Below are positions 1 to 13,962 of a stretch of DNA of 64,000 nt, one piece after another (within the stretch, counting starts at the first letter, position 1; each line of letters opens with the position of its first letter). The stretch is taken from assembly GCA_017499595.2 (NCBI GenBank), contig CM039006.1, positions 1,116,001 through 1,180,000 of the forward strand, written 5' to 3'. The position numbers were made by a program, and so were the translations under genes. The notes under the pieces were generated by a model. The model was not told where the DNA came from and did no database searches. It worked only from the letters and a program-made list of their open reading frames with translations. The stretch comes from Psilocybe cubensis. Its lineage: Eukaryota.

Positions 1-1212
1 CTCAAAGGTGCCGCAATATTCAAGGATGAGAAGAGCTGTAACTTCCGTGAGCTGGTCGTGCATTAGACGGTGCCTCGAAAGAAACACACTGAAAGCTGCT
101 ATACTGAAAGCATAGTTTATGTTCCTACGAGATGTAGCACATTGTAATTAGTAATATTGTTTTAGGAATATGCGTTGGACTCACATGCTCCTGAGTTCCT
201 CCAAAGTAACATCTTCCACCATCCTTCCAACAGCAGGCGGCAGCGGCAGTTACAGTAATGACGGATTCTCAACAAAGAGAGTGGACGTTTAGGTCATGAA
301 AAAGGAATCGGTTGGTCGTGTGGGTTTGTGAGAGAGGTGTGGAACTAGGCTGTACCGCAAATTACGGAAGCGTTCATTCGAGACGGTAAAGTTGGACAGA
401 TGGATGGATTAGCGCTGTTGGTTGGTTGGGATCGTGAATGTGTAAAGCACAGTGGAAAACGTGTTTTGTACAGGTTTTCCCGTACAAAAGTAGCTGCGTG
501 GATGACAGGGATATTGAAGCGCAGTCCGCCGCCGACGCTGTGGATGTAGGACGTACAGTGTACGAGAAGAGGGAGAAATCCTTGAGCTGGTCGGTGTTGG
601 GGAAGGAAGGGTAATCGTGCTATTGCAGTGGGCCTCGTGTAGACATGGATGTAAAACGACCGTACTTCTATTCCTTTGAATTTCGGGATTACAGTTGCTC
701 ACAGCGCATGGCGGCTTTCCTAACCTCTCCCGAGCCTTCGGTCCAAAAATTAACCACCAATTGGCAATGTGTGGTTCGCCTGATGGCAACATCGCCAAGT
801 CGTGGTGAGTGGTCCAGAAATAGTTGTGCCCGTAATCAGCGCGTGGGGTGACGGCTGGTGACGGGAGGTGACTGGGGTCTTTGGATACACGTGATATGCA
901 CTAGCCCGGCTTCCGGCACTCTTCCGGCGCCGAAAGTTGAACTCTGTCGCAAAGTTTGCACTTTCTGCTTGTTTGTCCTGAACCACAATGTCGCCAAATA
1001 GGTTGAACGCTATTCACTCGTAATCTATCACTTGAAGCAGACCAACAATAGATATTAACTCATACAAAGTAAGCTAATGGGAATACTAAAGAACCGTTCA
1101 CCTCGGAACACACTTTCTCACATCCTATTGATAAATCTGAATCCCCAACAAAAAATACTACAAGTCTGTATAAAACTCTCACCTCACGTATCTTGCTTAC
1201 TGAAATCATGCA

Positions 1213-2735
1213 ATGAGTCGTGCCTATATCCAAGCCTTAGATTCGGTGCTTATACAGACAATCATATTACATGTAAGTAACTCTTCCTTCCACTTATTAT
1301 CATGGCTGCGCTGATTCCGAAAGCAACATATTGGGACGGCTCCTTTCCTAAGAAGTATCTCAGCCAGCTAAGGCTGGTATCTTGGCAATTTCGAGATGCA
1401 GTGGATCCATTTCTGTTTTCAGGGTTGAAGTTTGATTTCAAGAAGCGCCCATTAGAACTTGTCGTGCAACAGCTCAATGATATGGCACGGAAGCAATCCG
1501 AAGTTTTTCACTATGTCAAACAGCTGACAATCGAGACGACAGAAACTCAGATATCTACCTTGATTAATAAAGCGACGTATGTGGGCTTATTGTCCCTTGC
1601 TTTAAGATCCTTGCTCGAATTACGATCCGTCCAGTAAGAGCATACACATTCCTGCATTCCAATCTATAACGAGTTTAACAGTTGGACCATCTCACGACTC
1701 GACGAATTTAACATCATAGTGGATGCTATCACGAACCTCCCTTACCTCGAAGATCTCTATTTAGATTTCTCAGGATTGCCCGTGCATTTACAAACCACCA
1801 ACATGATCACTCTCCATCGGTTCACCCAACTTCGGTCATTCGGATTTCGCGCTCAGTACCCATCTGACCCACTAGCCACGAGCATCATACAACAACTTCG
1901 TATGAACTCAACCAAAGAATCTTTGACAAGCCTGTCCATTGACTTTACAGGCCACACAAAAAATAAAGAAATCTTCCACGAAATCGTCAACGACATCCCT
2001 GCATGGAAGTCTCTACAACTAAAGCAACTCCAGGCCCACGGCTGGAAGCTCGTGCTACACCCAAATACAATTCCACACCTACGCTCCCTGACATCCCTCG
2101 ACATCTCACGCATGGACATGGAGTCCCATTCCAAAATTTGGTCTGGCCTAATGGCCGCAGGCATACAACTCCAAAAACTTGCCGGACCACTGAGCATGTC
2201 ACTCGTCATGTATCTGAGATCATACGCCGGATTAGAACATCTCACTGTATACGCATCTTCTCGCGTCGATGGCAAGAAAATGTTCAGTGACCTATCCCAG
2301 TCCCTAACATTCCACAAAAAAACTCTAAAATTCTTCGACGGGGCATCTGAACATTGCTCCCTGAATGATATGGTAGCCATCCGGGAATGCGAAAAGTTGC
2401 ACTACCTGGCCGTTCATCTTCGAGGTGGACCTAGCAACGACGACTTTGTAAGTTGCCCACATCTCACCCATTCACGATAATCGAATATCATCATAAACCC
2501 GCATTAGGCAAAGACAGTGGCTATAGTACTGGAAATACCCAATCTTGAAATATTAAAAATAGACAGCAGCCGGGCCTACGCATTTACGCGCGGTTCGTCA
2601 GGACAGAGAGAGCATTTTGACCATACGATCTTGGATATTCTCCAGAGATTTGGGCAAAGTTTAGGGTCCACGCCAATTATAATATTTGCTAACAGGACGT
2701 ATACCGCGAAGGGAGTCGTGGAAGATATTGAATGA
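1213..2735 (+). CDS. F-box/LRR-like hypothetical protein (multi-exon)
   Basis: ATG at 1213 (MSRAYIQALDSVLIQTIILH) followed by a GTAAGT donor. ORFs 1302-1637, 1719-2480 and 2517-2735 join through GT-AG introns. F-box-like 'LSQLRLVSWQFRDAVDPFLFSGL' and LxxLxL repeats (LPYLEDLYLD, LRSLTSLDIS, LEHLTVY). Confidence 0.7.
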
Positions 2736-3567
2736 AGGGGACAACGTCGAATAATATTGGAGAAGTAAACAATGGTACTACCTGACGCTCGTACTTGACC
2801 TTTTCAGATCATAGTTGAACCTACAACAGAAATCATATACCCAGACTTTCACCAACAACAGTCCAAAGAACAAACTAACAAACAGACCAATAGCCAATAT
2901 ATATTTCATTTCAATACCGAACAGGGGATAATACAATACACGAAAAATTTTATAGAAAAAAGAGAACAAAAAGAAGAACAAAGTAGTCGATTTTTTTTCT
3001 TTACACAAAACGCTAGTAGGTCTTTTTCTTTGTCTACATACACTAAACTAATGTTGATCTAGAGAAGAAAAAAAAAGTTTTGACAGAAAATGGTTTGAAC
3101 ACGATAGGTGGGGTAAAAAGAGGGCTGCGGCTGCTTAGAAGCGTAGTAGTAGAAAAAAAAACAAATAGACTTGGGAAGAGGAATTGTGTCGGACAGAGAG
3201 GATTGCGCTGGCTCAGCTTTCACAAAAAAAGAAAGGAAGGAAGAGAATATCGGTCTTCTCAAAAAATGACGGGAGGGAAAATGACAGGAGGACCTGGAAA
3301 ACAAACGACGAGGGAAAGGGGAAAGGAATTAAACATAGGCAAGGAGTGATAAGGAAGCGCAAGAGGCTCCAAAGAGATTTAGACCCGGGGGGACACTAGG
3401 CGATTGAATTGGAAGAAGAAAAAGGAACGGAAAGGAAAGGAAATATAAAACGAAGAAAACGACAATTCGATGATGTAAAGTGACAGACAAAAAAATAGAC
3501 ATAACGGGAGGGAGTAATGATAGGAGAGAGAGAGTGAAAGACAACATACAGCGACGACGAGATTGGA

Positions 3568-6500
3568 TCAACGGCTTCCAGTAAGACTCCTAAGAGAACT
3601 AGGTGTCATATTGCTCGGCGGGGTCATCTTCTTCTGCTGATAATGGTCCATCGCATGACCCTTATCCCCGCCTTCAGCTTGATTATTGAACGATCCAAAG
3701 AAAGGGGTAGCCGGGCTAAGCGTTGACGGCGTCTGACTCGAATAAGTAAGAGTAGGGGAGATGAGCGAAGGAGACGATGAAGCCGTATCCAAATCGAACA
3801 TGGGCGAGTTGGGATACTGAGGCTTCGACGCATTATTAGATTGCTGATGGTCCTGCACCTCTCCCTCAAATATCGTCGAACTTGTAGTAGCACCATCTAT
3901 CCCGCGAGTCCCAGACAGAGTAGCGACGCTAGCATGCTGCGGCGTCCTCAAATTCTGAGCAGGCATGCTCATGCTGTTATGCTGGAAGTGACCTCTCTGC
4001 TGCCTATCACGCAGCGACGAAGTGCGATGTTGAGGCAAAGTCGTCGAACGCATATGCGCCGCGGCATGCTGATAATTCAGCAAATCGTTGAGGCTAGACG
4101 AATCCTGGTTTGAAGAGGGAGACACGAGAGAGGGAGAAAGGGGTATAGGAGGCCTCTGTACGGGGTAATTCGCAGGCGCAGATACAGGCTCTCGAGAAAG
4201 GCGCGCGTTCACATGAGCAGGATGGATGTTGGGGTTGTGTTTCGTGTTCATAGCGCTCGACGGCGAATTGATTCCGAACTGGTCTTCGTCCTGGTCAACA
4301 TTGTCATTCCCATACGACCTGGCGTGGCTCCTATAATCATTCCGGGTAGCAGAAGCCGACGCGTGGAACTCGTCTTCAGTCATCTCATTGGTCATACCCA
4401 ACGAAGGTAAAGAAGGAGCAGATGCTGGAGGAGATAGCATACCCTGACCAAGACGTCCAATCGAGGCTTGAGTGCGGTACCCACGAACACCAACAGCAAT
4501 ATTCGCTCCATCGTCATCGTGGACTTCATCGCCAACTCGTTGTCTTCCCAGGTCCAATGGCGCAGGTCTCCTTCTCTCAGCCTGCATATGTTGCTGTTGC
4601 TGGGCCTGAGACGCAAGAGCCGCCGACTCGGCATGGGCACGCATGATGTACTCCTCGGTGGGGGTATACCCTGAGCGAGTATACACCGGTCCGGGGCGAG
4701 AGTAATGCTGAAGATTGTCCATACTCTGAGAAGCTACCATGGGATGTTGCTGGTGCTGAAGCCCCCGCTGATCGTGGACGTAATTGGCATCTGTCGAGTA
4801 ATTGTTGTACCCGCCAGAGACATCCTGATAGGGAACGGTATTACGCCCAAGAGAGTCCAAGAGAGCAGACATTGTAGGGTCCAGGGAAGACGGCATAGAA
4901 GGCTGAACATGCCCAAGCTGAGGTTGAGCCGCAAACTGGGCATCGTAAGGGGATATCGACCTGAGATTTTGGACACCGTGACCACCACGTCCAGGGGCTA
5001 ACGAGTAATCGACTTCCAAGTTGGATGAAGATCCAATGACAGGTGGAAGATGCGCGTTCGTTGCGAAATCAGGCGCTGAGACCGAGGTGGGTATCCCTTG
5101 CCTGGTAGCTGAGGGGATGCGCCCCACGGGGGGTCGAGATTGAGCATGAATAACAGGACCACTATTCGTGGATCTCAGCTCTTGTCCTCGGAGATTCAGC
5201 AACGCCGCTTGTGCAATGGTAAGACGAGCTGGAGACCCGTCGCCTTCTTGAGCCGCGCGTTCGGTTCTCTAGAGAAAGTGTAAAAAAAAATTGTTTTGTC
5301 AGAATTCTGTCATGCCTGAGATGAAAATAACATACTCTCAGTTCGCGCTGTTCACTTGTATCAGCGAATCTGACGGAGATTCTGCTCCCTGTATCGTTCC
5401 ACCCGCGGACCATTCGCCCATGAAGACGCTCAATGATCTCCTCGGCCCCTTCTCTCGTCTCAAGTCTGAAAGATAGAGCCCAGTAGCGTTAGCATAGTCA
5501 ATCATGAAGAAGATATAACATAAACTTACCGAACGAAAGCAATGATCCTCGGCGGGTTACTGAGCCTCGTCTGAAAAAATCTGCTGCTACTGATTCGATG
5601 CGGAGCGACTAATGCAGCGAGAGTCTATTAGGCGATCAGAAATCAATATATTCCTAGACATCGATGCACTGAGCCACTTACAGGTTCGTCGATGCTTAAC
5701 GGAAGTCTAAGAGATGAGGTGATTGTGAGGACATGCTCGAACTACTGAATGAGTATAAACATACCCTTCCATGTAAAGGTTTGTGCTCGTAGGATCCTGA
5801 AGACTCTCCATCTTAGCCTTGAAAGAGGCGTCCGCGCTCAAGGCACCCGTAGAGGAACCCTCGGATGAATTTGTCCCAGAGCGAAGTCCAGGGCCTTCCC
5901 AAGAGGAGGAAGACGGTAAACTGCCATGGGCGTAAGTTGTCCCAGGGATCTTGTGGATTTGCTGTAACACTTAGTCAGGAAAACAAACATTTCACGCCAC
6001 GATCAAGCAACAAACCTTGGAGAATGTCGGATGAAGATTTCTATAACTTCGTAGAGAAACGATACACCTCTCGGCAGCCTCTACGGTTTCAAAACTAGTG
6101 AAACAATGACATCAAGTTGAGCGCATATATTCAGTGAGTAATTTCAGAAACTTACAGAACAAAACCGTAACCACTCTCACTGTCCCTGACATGCCTCGTG
6201 AACGTCCTAACACTTCTAATTTCGCCGTAGGGGGACGCCAGAGCAAACAACTGATCCTCAGGGAAGTGTGGAGGAAGTCCGTTGATGTAAACGTTCGGAG
6301 TCTTCTGACCTGCATTACCCAAGGTTGGATCCGATGCAGAAGTCGGGAACGTGGAAGACGAAGGAGAGGATCCACCAGGAGAGGTCGCATCAAAAGTGGA
6401 CAAAAAATTCTCAGACTGTGAGGAAGGTAACCCGAGTGATACCGAACGTTGTTGGACGGTAGGTGGAACGGTAAGATTGGTGAGGTCGATCGAGCCAGCA

Positions 6501-7952
6501 TATGGTTCAGACTCGTTGGCGCGGTCGCGCATTTGCTGGTGCTGAGCCAGATGTTGAAGTTGGCGAGCGTCGACGTCGGCCGTTCGGTCACCATCTTCAA
6601 TATCTGGTAGAGGGATGGTGGAATGAACTGGAGCTGAAGGTGCCTGCGACTGGGGTTGTCCATTCTGCTTGAGCTGAGAAGGCGAAGTGCTCAGGGGCAC
6701 CGACAAGGGAAGAGGAGACAAAGTCTTGGCGCTGACGTTATCCATCGAATTGGAGACTCGGAGGCCCAAATGCATAGAAGAGGTCAAAGCCTCCATCTCG
6801 TGCTGGTGTCGCTGTTCCCTCTCAAGAGCAGACATTTCGCTCATCGCCGTAGTCTGGAATCCATTAGAGATTCCGTTCTCGCATTGTCCACGAGAGGGCG
6901 GTTTGAGTTGATTCGAATTAGCGTCGGATGGCATGTTCCCTGTCAGAAAGTAGTACGCGAATAAGCGTGAGTTCATGAATATATGCGCGTCAAAAGATCA
7001 AGAAAAGGCAATAAAGATAAACGAAGCGACCAAAGTAGCGCGTAGCAGAGATAGGAGCTTTGTAACTGAGCAAGATAATCCGTACTTCACAGGCAGTGAA
7101 TGAAACGGAAGGAAGGAAGAATGGGAAGTTTGAAAACAAGAGGAAAAGGTGAGAGGCTCATGAACGTCCATGGGGCGGGCATGAATGCAAAACCCAGGAC
7201 GCGCTCAACAAAGGAATAAATTATTAGAGATGAATATTTAGAAACGCACCGTTATTAACAAGATCGTTCATGCATGGTGCAGAATCATTCAACCTGTGCG
7301 TTTCGACGGCGGTTTCAGCACCGCCGTCTTTGCGCTCGGGTAGATCTGTGGAAGGTATGCCTGTGTTGGTTGGGTCGGTGGTACGGGTGTCGCTGCTTGT
7401 AGTACTGTTGTCATTGTTCCCGCCGTTACCTTTAGAACCAGCGGGGCTGGTCATAGGAGAATGATACCGAGATGACGAAGTGAGAGCTGGGCTGTCCACA
7501 TCATGGCCGTTGGTAGAAGCGATAGAAAGTGTGCTGGTTGGATTTGCGTTGTTGATGAGCTTGGAAGGCAAAGGCGCTGAAGAGTGTGCATGTTCTTGTT
7601 TCTGTTTGTGCTGTAGGGGAGAAATAGAGGCTTTAGGGGACCTCGCTGTTGCCCGGGGACCGCTGGAGGAGGAAACGACAGAAGCGAAGGAGGGAGCGCC
7701 CAACTTGGCGGGGCCGCCAGTGGCACCGCCGTTAGGAAGAGCAGAAGGACGCCTGATATTCTCCGAGTCAGGGACAGCGGGGGGAGTAGAAGGGAGGGGC
7801 ATATTCAGCCTATGATTGGTATTAGGATTAGAGTGCAGAGTATGAACTTGGTGCGAAAGAGAACTGTTTGGGGCGGAGGTGTGACTGTGATTACTGTGAT
7901 TTTGTGCAGGGGCCGTCGAGAGAACAGAATAAGGATATCGTTTGGCAGACAT
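3568..7952 (-). CDS. RNA-binding protein with two RRM domains (RBMS/MSSP-like) and long low-complexity regions
   Basis: RRM1 'TPNVYINGLPPHF...SGYGFVL'; RRM2 'STNLYMEGLP...IIAFVR...ISVRFADTSEQRELR'. ORFs 7224-8006, 6152-6976, 5707-5970, 5162-5413 and 3568-5202 splice together; intron 7249-6940 is in phase. The start at MSAKRYPY (7952) is inferred. Confidence 0.85.
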
Positions 7953-9927
7953 TCTGGGAAGGCCAGTCGAACAAAGACGGAAATGTTGCAGAGAACAAAA
8001 GAACAATGAATAGCTAGTATTGATTCAGATAAACAAGGTAGAAATGGAGGACTTGAGGAGGAGAACTGAGTAGACGAGAAGTGTATGCAGGCAAGTCGGT
8101 AATAGCAATAGCAAGTGGGGAAAGGATAGTGGAGTAGGGCAGTGCACCGTCGACAACAGCGGATAGGATAATGAGCTCGAGAAAGAATGAGGGAGTCAGA
8201 AAGAGCCGTTGCCTCCAGTCAAATCCCAACCCAGATGCCCAAGAATTCGATCGAGAAATCGGCTTTCCTTCTCTTCTTCGATTTACAATCTGCTTCCGCT
8301 TCCCACACTCTTCCAATTACTCTTTCCTCCTCCCGACCTATGGCCATTTGCTGCGGCCCCGTATCCTCTCTTCGCGACCCAGTTCACTCTCCCTTTTCGT
8401 CTCCAATCCCTCCTGCAGCAGCACGCTCCACCAACCTCATCTCCGACACTCTGGACCTGGGTGGTCCAAATCCATATTACCTATTTCCCTTTTCGTCCCC
8501 GAATGACTCTTGACTGTTGATTTGAACGTGTCACGTCTAGGCATGCACGTATTGGAGTTATTCATAAATCAAATCATCCTCTCGAATGACAGCTCACGAT
8601 GTGAGGCGCCTATAGCCTTCTTTGCAACCTAATGAGAAGGATGGCCACGCACATTTAGGGTCGGTTGTGTGTCGTTACAAGAAAAAAAACTTCACCGTTG
8701 ACTCCTCGAATTGGTATCGCACAGCAACACCGCGGAACGCGTCATATATCGTCTTGCAGGTTTCTCCGTCAAATCAGGTCCGAGGACTTTGATCCCAGTC
8801 TTCGGTCTCGTGGGGATCCAATCATTCATGATGTTATATTTAATGTCCCGTCCAAGTGCACGAAATAACACAACATATCGACAAGTCGGAGCAATATGCA
8901 ACCTCTCACTATTGGATGCAGTAAGTGACTAGACCTTTGCAAATGGATACCGACTTACCCAGACCCTCTCGTTTGCAGTATAATGAAAGCCAATAGCTTG
9001 CATTCATGCTAATAAATTCGCGCCTGAGGAATGATGGCGGCGGCGGCGGCATTAACAAGCTATCTAAATGCGACCATTAGTGTTAACGTCGTCGAAGCGC
9101 ATTAGCCTTGAAACTTACGGTGACCCCAACGAGTTCTTATTATTTCCAAAAACAACGAACTGAAAGTAGACTTGAAACTGTACTAAAGATTAGTCAGCTT
9201 GGAATAGTGCAAGAAACGACTCTAGATCATACCTGGTAGAGGCTACCGGTGTCAACGAACGTTAGTAGTGGGCTATGCAATCAATACAGCAGGCGTAATG
9301 AGATTGGATTAGTTTCTAACACATGTTTGGTGATGTGGTTTCAACAGGAGGGGCTCGTGCATCCCAAACACTCTCAATTCTGGATGAACTTCGATTGTAT
9401 GCGCAACAAGTTCAGAGGCGGAGAATCCTTTTTGAGACTTGACAAAATGTATAGCTGTACGGTTACCTTAAAAATCTTCATTCTTGAATGACGAATCGTC
9501 ATGTCCACGAGACGATTCTATCAATTTTGACTCCGGTTTCCTTGATTCTTCTCATTAGCATGTCTTGCGCGTGGATACTGAGTGGCTTAATTTTGGGGTA
9601 CAAGTGATGTTGAAAAAGAGGTGATAGATGGTATATATTTATTTCGTCGTCGTGGTCAAGGGAGAAGGAAGCGGCCTAATAGCTCTGTCACAGCGTTATC
9701 GCTGACATAATGACGGCATGACATTCGGCTTAGGTTTGTGAGAATCAAAAGAAGCATGCGGCATGGTTGCCGAAAAGCAACTCTAACGGGCTGGAAACAG
9801 CCTGAGGTCGACTCGGTATACTCTAACCTTCAACTGAGCTTTGTTACAAGTTAAACACGCGAATGCGATTCTATTCAATGGGAAAATACAAGCTATTCAT
9901 CTATACCGAAGCCTTTACGATCGACCT

Positions 9928-11243
9928 TCAAAGTACAATACGCCTCCCTTCTTTCGCGCTTGTCTCAATAGCATCAATAAGCCGATGGTGTTTAACCGCA
10001 TCGTCAATGGTAACATAGCGCTCCGTACCATCCGCGTATTCCTGCCACGCCTGACGACAACTTTCAAACACATTCCCCGGCGTCTCAAACTCTACCTTCT
10101 GGCCATTAAGGTACAATTCAGACTCTGTAAACCCAGGGAACGCTCCCGTCTTTTCCTTAGATTGCAGTATAATACTGCCTTCTTCGCCTTCAATCTCCCA
10201 AATAAACTGCCTTCGGCCTTCACTCGAAGCGTATCCACTGCGCCAGAGTATGTTTGCCAGCACCCCAGTCTTTAAAATACCGGTGATGGCATAGTGATCA
10301 GGTTGTCGCGATGGGATCGTTTTGTCTGTAGGCTTTCCTGCCTCATCGACGAACGTGATGGTTGGATACATCGTCGCCTCAGTTGCTGAGACGCTCGCAA
10401 ATTCCCCAAGCACGTCTACGAGCGTGTCTAGCTGGTGCGCAATGGGAATAGCGAGTAGAGAACATCCTGACAAAAATTTACCGCATTAATATGGAAAGCC
10501 TGATGTGCTTCATGAAAAATACACACCATTTTTTGGGTCCAGACTATACGCATAGACCTCTCTCGCAAAAGGAGCATAATACCCGAGCTCTCGAGGGTTG
10601 TGCGTAATCTATACACAAGTTAAGTTAAAATCAAGAGTACGTTAGAATCAATGCCGACTTACGACGTTTGTAGACCGAACAGTACCAATCACTCCAGACG
10701 CCAATATTTCCCTAAGCTGTTTTACAGTAACAGGTATAAAAAAGTCAACACACACTTCTGAAACGCGAATACAGTTCCACCCACCTTTCGAATAACAACA
10801 GCGTGCCTGCCTTGAAGCCCAATAATCGACCTAACTCCATTCCTACGCGCAGCCTCCGCAATCATCTCCGTCTCCCTCGTCGAAGCCCCCGCAGGCCACT
10901 CCAAGAAAAAATTCTTCCCCGCCTCAATAACAGGCAACACAGCTTGCAGATGATTCGGCGCCTTCACCGACACAGCGACCAAGTCAATATCCGGATCAGC
11001 CGCGATTCTCGATGTGTCCCCGGAATACGCTTTGATGTCGTGTCCTACTTCCTTGGAGTACTTTGCGGCTGACGCTGCTGCTGATGTATCGGTGGTTGTA
11101 GATACCGCTACGAGGTCGAAGCGGTCTCGAAGTGAGGGGTGAAGTAGGGCCGGGGCTAAGTTTCCTGCTGCCCATCCAGAAGACGCAGAGAGTCCTATAA
11201 ATCCCACTCTAATCTTTTGATTCGAAGAATCTGAGGAAGTCAT
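9928..11243 (-). CDS. Gfo/Idh/MocA-family NAD(P)-binding oxidoreductase (Gal80-like)
   Basis: Rossmann start 'IRVGFIGLSASSGWA', then 'DIDLVAVSVKAPNH', 'FFLEWP', 'SIIGLQGR'; C-terminal 'DAVKHHRLIDAIETSAKEGRRIVL'. Multi-exon. Confidence 0.9.
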
Positions 11244-12261
11244 TATTTAGAAAAGTTCACTGGGAGATAAAAGTTAGAATGTAATGCCACCTGAACACCT
11301 TCGACACCCTTTATACAAAAAAACGAACGGTTGAATAGGCAGGGCACATCTCAGCAGGTCCTGAAGATGACTAAGTCTCGTCTATAGAGGCTCTATTAGA
11401 CATTGTGTATGTGTCAAATTTTGCATCAAAATACCATAAAAAGAAGTCAAATCTTATCCACTCGCGGTTGAAGTACAAGTTGTGTAATACCCTTGAGCTA
11501 ATAATAGCACGCGACGACGCAAGATGATGCGATGTCATCTATTCGCTCTTGCACGTCTGTATGGTTTTCACTTTAGAGATAAAATGTATATTTTAAGAGA
11601 CATCTTTCCAATCTGGCCAATGAGTATTTTCTTACTCTCAGTCACTCATAATGTTATTACTATCAGTCCAACTTACTAATGTCACTTTTACATTTGTCAT
11701 TTCAGCCTATCAGTAATGGGAATCTGTATAATCACACCAAAGACTTGCGCATAGATTATATCTGGAGTTCCACTCTGATCTACATCTTGAAAAGTGATCA
11801 CCTCATGACGGTTACTTCTAACTAGTAACTAGGGGGTACGTTGTCGCGTATATTTGAGCCCACGTGCTGCGAAAGAAGCTATGATGGGACTGGACATTTT
11901 TAAAAGACGGATGTCGCAGGGATAGATGTACATACATACGCTGCGCTTTTCGTTTCGTTTTAGCATTTGGGGCGCTAAGACGCACGGATGAATGATACTC
12001 CTTTAGCTTTATGATACCAGGTGCATTGATAGTACCCTGTGGATTTCAACTTTTACTAAACGAATTGATTTTTCTCTATTATCACACCAGGTGGTAACAA
12101 CACTACAAATCGTACAACGTGACGAGTGATTTACAGATATGAAGTTCAAGGTATATAACATTGTCTATAGGGTAATAATCCCAGGAGAGGGAGAGTGTCT
12201 TGAAGATTAGATCGTGATAGCGTAAGGTTTTCATTGAAACCGGTTGGTCGTAAGCCTGATG

Positions 12262-13962
12262 CTAGCGTGTCGACGCATAAGATTCTGTATAGTCCTCGAG
12301 CGAAGCAGGGAGCATGGAGTCTATTTGAGTAGTCCATGATGATCCCTGGAATCCTATAACAAAACTTAACCTTGAGAGTATAGGCCTTGAATTACGAGTA
12401 TTGTTCCCAGAGGCCAGCGTTGGGTCACGAAGATTCAGCATAAGGCGAGTAATCATCGAAGAGGCAAGCCTGTAAAGGAGAATATGAGTACAAACCCTAA
12501 ACCTGGAATTTCAAGGAATCCTTACGCGTTCGTCATAGTTGCTGTCATTCCCCGCTCGTGCTCCTAAAGACAACAATTAATCCGACAAGATTTTCTGCAA
12601 TGTTATATGACGCGTACCTTTTTTAGCTATATTTCAAGTTAAGATTAACAGCAGTGACCAACAAAAAGTTATTAATGACGCACTTTGAACGTTATGATTA
12701 CCGAAAGAGATGACAACGCAATAACGCTAATGAAATGACATGTTACACAGGAAGTACCAAATAGGGATTGAAGATTACCCAAAATATAGAGCGCCTATTG
12801 GGTCTAGGATGAGCATCAACGTTGAGATTGTGAAGAATATAGCCTACCATCACGTAGCATGATGTCCAAGATAGCAAATGTTCCGCTCATTTTGTTCGAT
12901 AACGTGACAGACTTGTAGAGAATCAAGCCGAAAATGAGGACTTCAAATGCCACCAGCGCTACCCATCCCAAAAGTTGTCCTGTCAAATAAAAACTGTCAA
13001 TACACGGTTCTACTCCATTGTTATCGGAGATGTACGAACTTTGGGCGCTAGCAAAACAACGTCAAATTTAAACAACCATAGTAATAACTCGCAAAAAAAG
13101 GAACTTACGCCCGATCAGACAGTGGTAATAGGCAACTTTTAGATGGAAAGTCCGCCTCCGTGTAGGTATCTTGCGATGTGAAGGAGCAAAACTGACACAG
13201 CTTCAACGATGTAGTAGGATGATGAACAAAATTGTGCCTACCAGACCGAATGCAGCAGCGATAACCGTTACGATGCACAGCAATATGAGAATTCGTCGAC
13301 TGCGGCCATAGAGTGCATAGGTTCGTAAGACGGAAATGGCTTTTGATCATTGTCAGAGGCCTCGATTTATGAGAAGTATGAGAAGCGATCACACTCACTT
13401 CCGATGATGACTTGTACAGCAACTACAAGATATGCATGATATGAATTGAAATGTTGACAGCTGTAAGGAGTTTAGGATCCGAGTATAACTAGAGAGGGAA
13501 ACGTTTACCTCTGTCCATTCCGATACCGAACGGCACAAGATGCTTGTTAACGAAGTATATACCAGAGTTCAATGGACATACCTCAAGACGAGTAGGACTT
13601 GTCGTAGGCCGAAAGTATAGAATGAAGAAAGGGAGGTAGCCCAATATTGTCAAATACCGATTGAGGAAAAACAAGATTGTCGCAATCGTGATTTTGCGGC
13701 TGCGATTCCAGTATCGATTAACTTCGTCAGAAAACGTTATAATATAGTCGTAATATAATATGACTATTTTTATCTTGCTGGTTCAGCAGTTGATATGACT
13801 GAGAAGTGGGACTGCTCACCAAAGGAAGCAAGCTGGATGCACTGGTAAACAAATCTGTACACAATTTTGAACTTCGAGTCATTCTTGGAGAGTTGAATGA
13901 CAGCCAGCTTACAGCTGTTCGTCCACCAAGCTTATCTGAGAATTGATATCTACTTGCTCCAT
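12262..13962 (-). CDS. DUF6533-like multi-pass membrane protein (paralogue A), many micro-exons
   Basis: Spliced reading MEQVDINSQISLVDEQL|FVYQCIQLASF|VILYYDYIITFSDEVNRYW...LFFLNRY...LLILRTYALW...IMLRDG|ALYF...MITRLMLNLRDP. The YDY, FxxNRY, LRDG and RLMLNL motifs are typical of this agaricomycete family. Confidence 0.8.

Noticed and set aside
1-300. Possible 5' end of a minus-strand gene running off the left edge (MVEDVTLEELRS|gtgagt)
   Set aside because: Too little sequence, and the frame after the putative intron could not be established.
3059-3571. Lys/Arg-rich and Phe/Leu-rich short ORFs in the ORF track
   Set aside because: By-products of low-complexity purine/pyrimidine skew downstream of the RRM gene.
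3624-7815. Many overlapping antisense or alternative-frame ORFs within the RRM gene (likewise within the AKR, 547-aa and DUF7330-like genes)
   Set aside because: Shadow ORFs of real coding sequence with no independent motifs.
9034-9049. (GGC)5 microsatellite
   Set aside because: Short, ordinary simple repeat.
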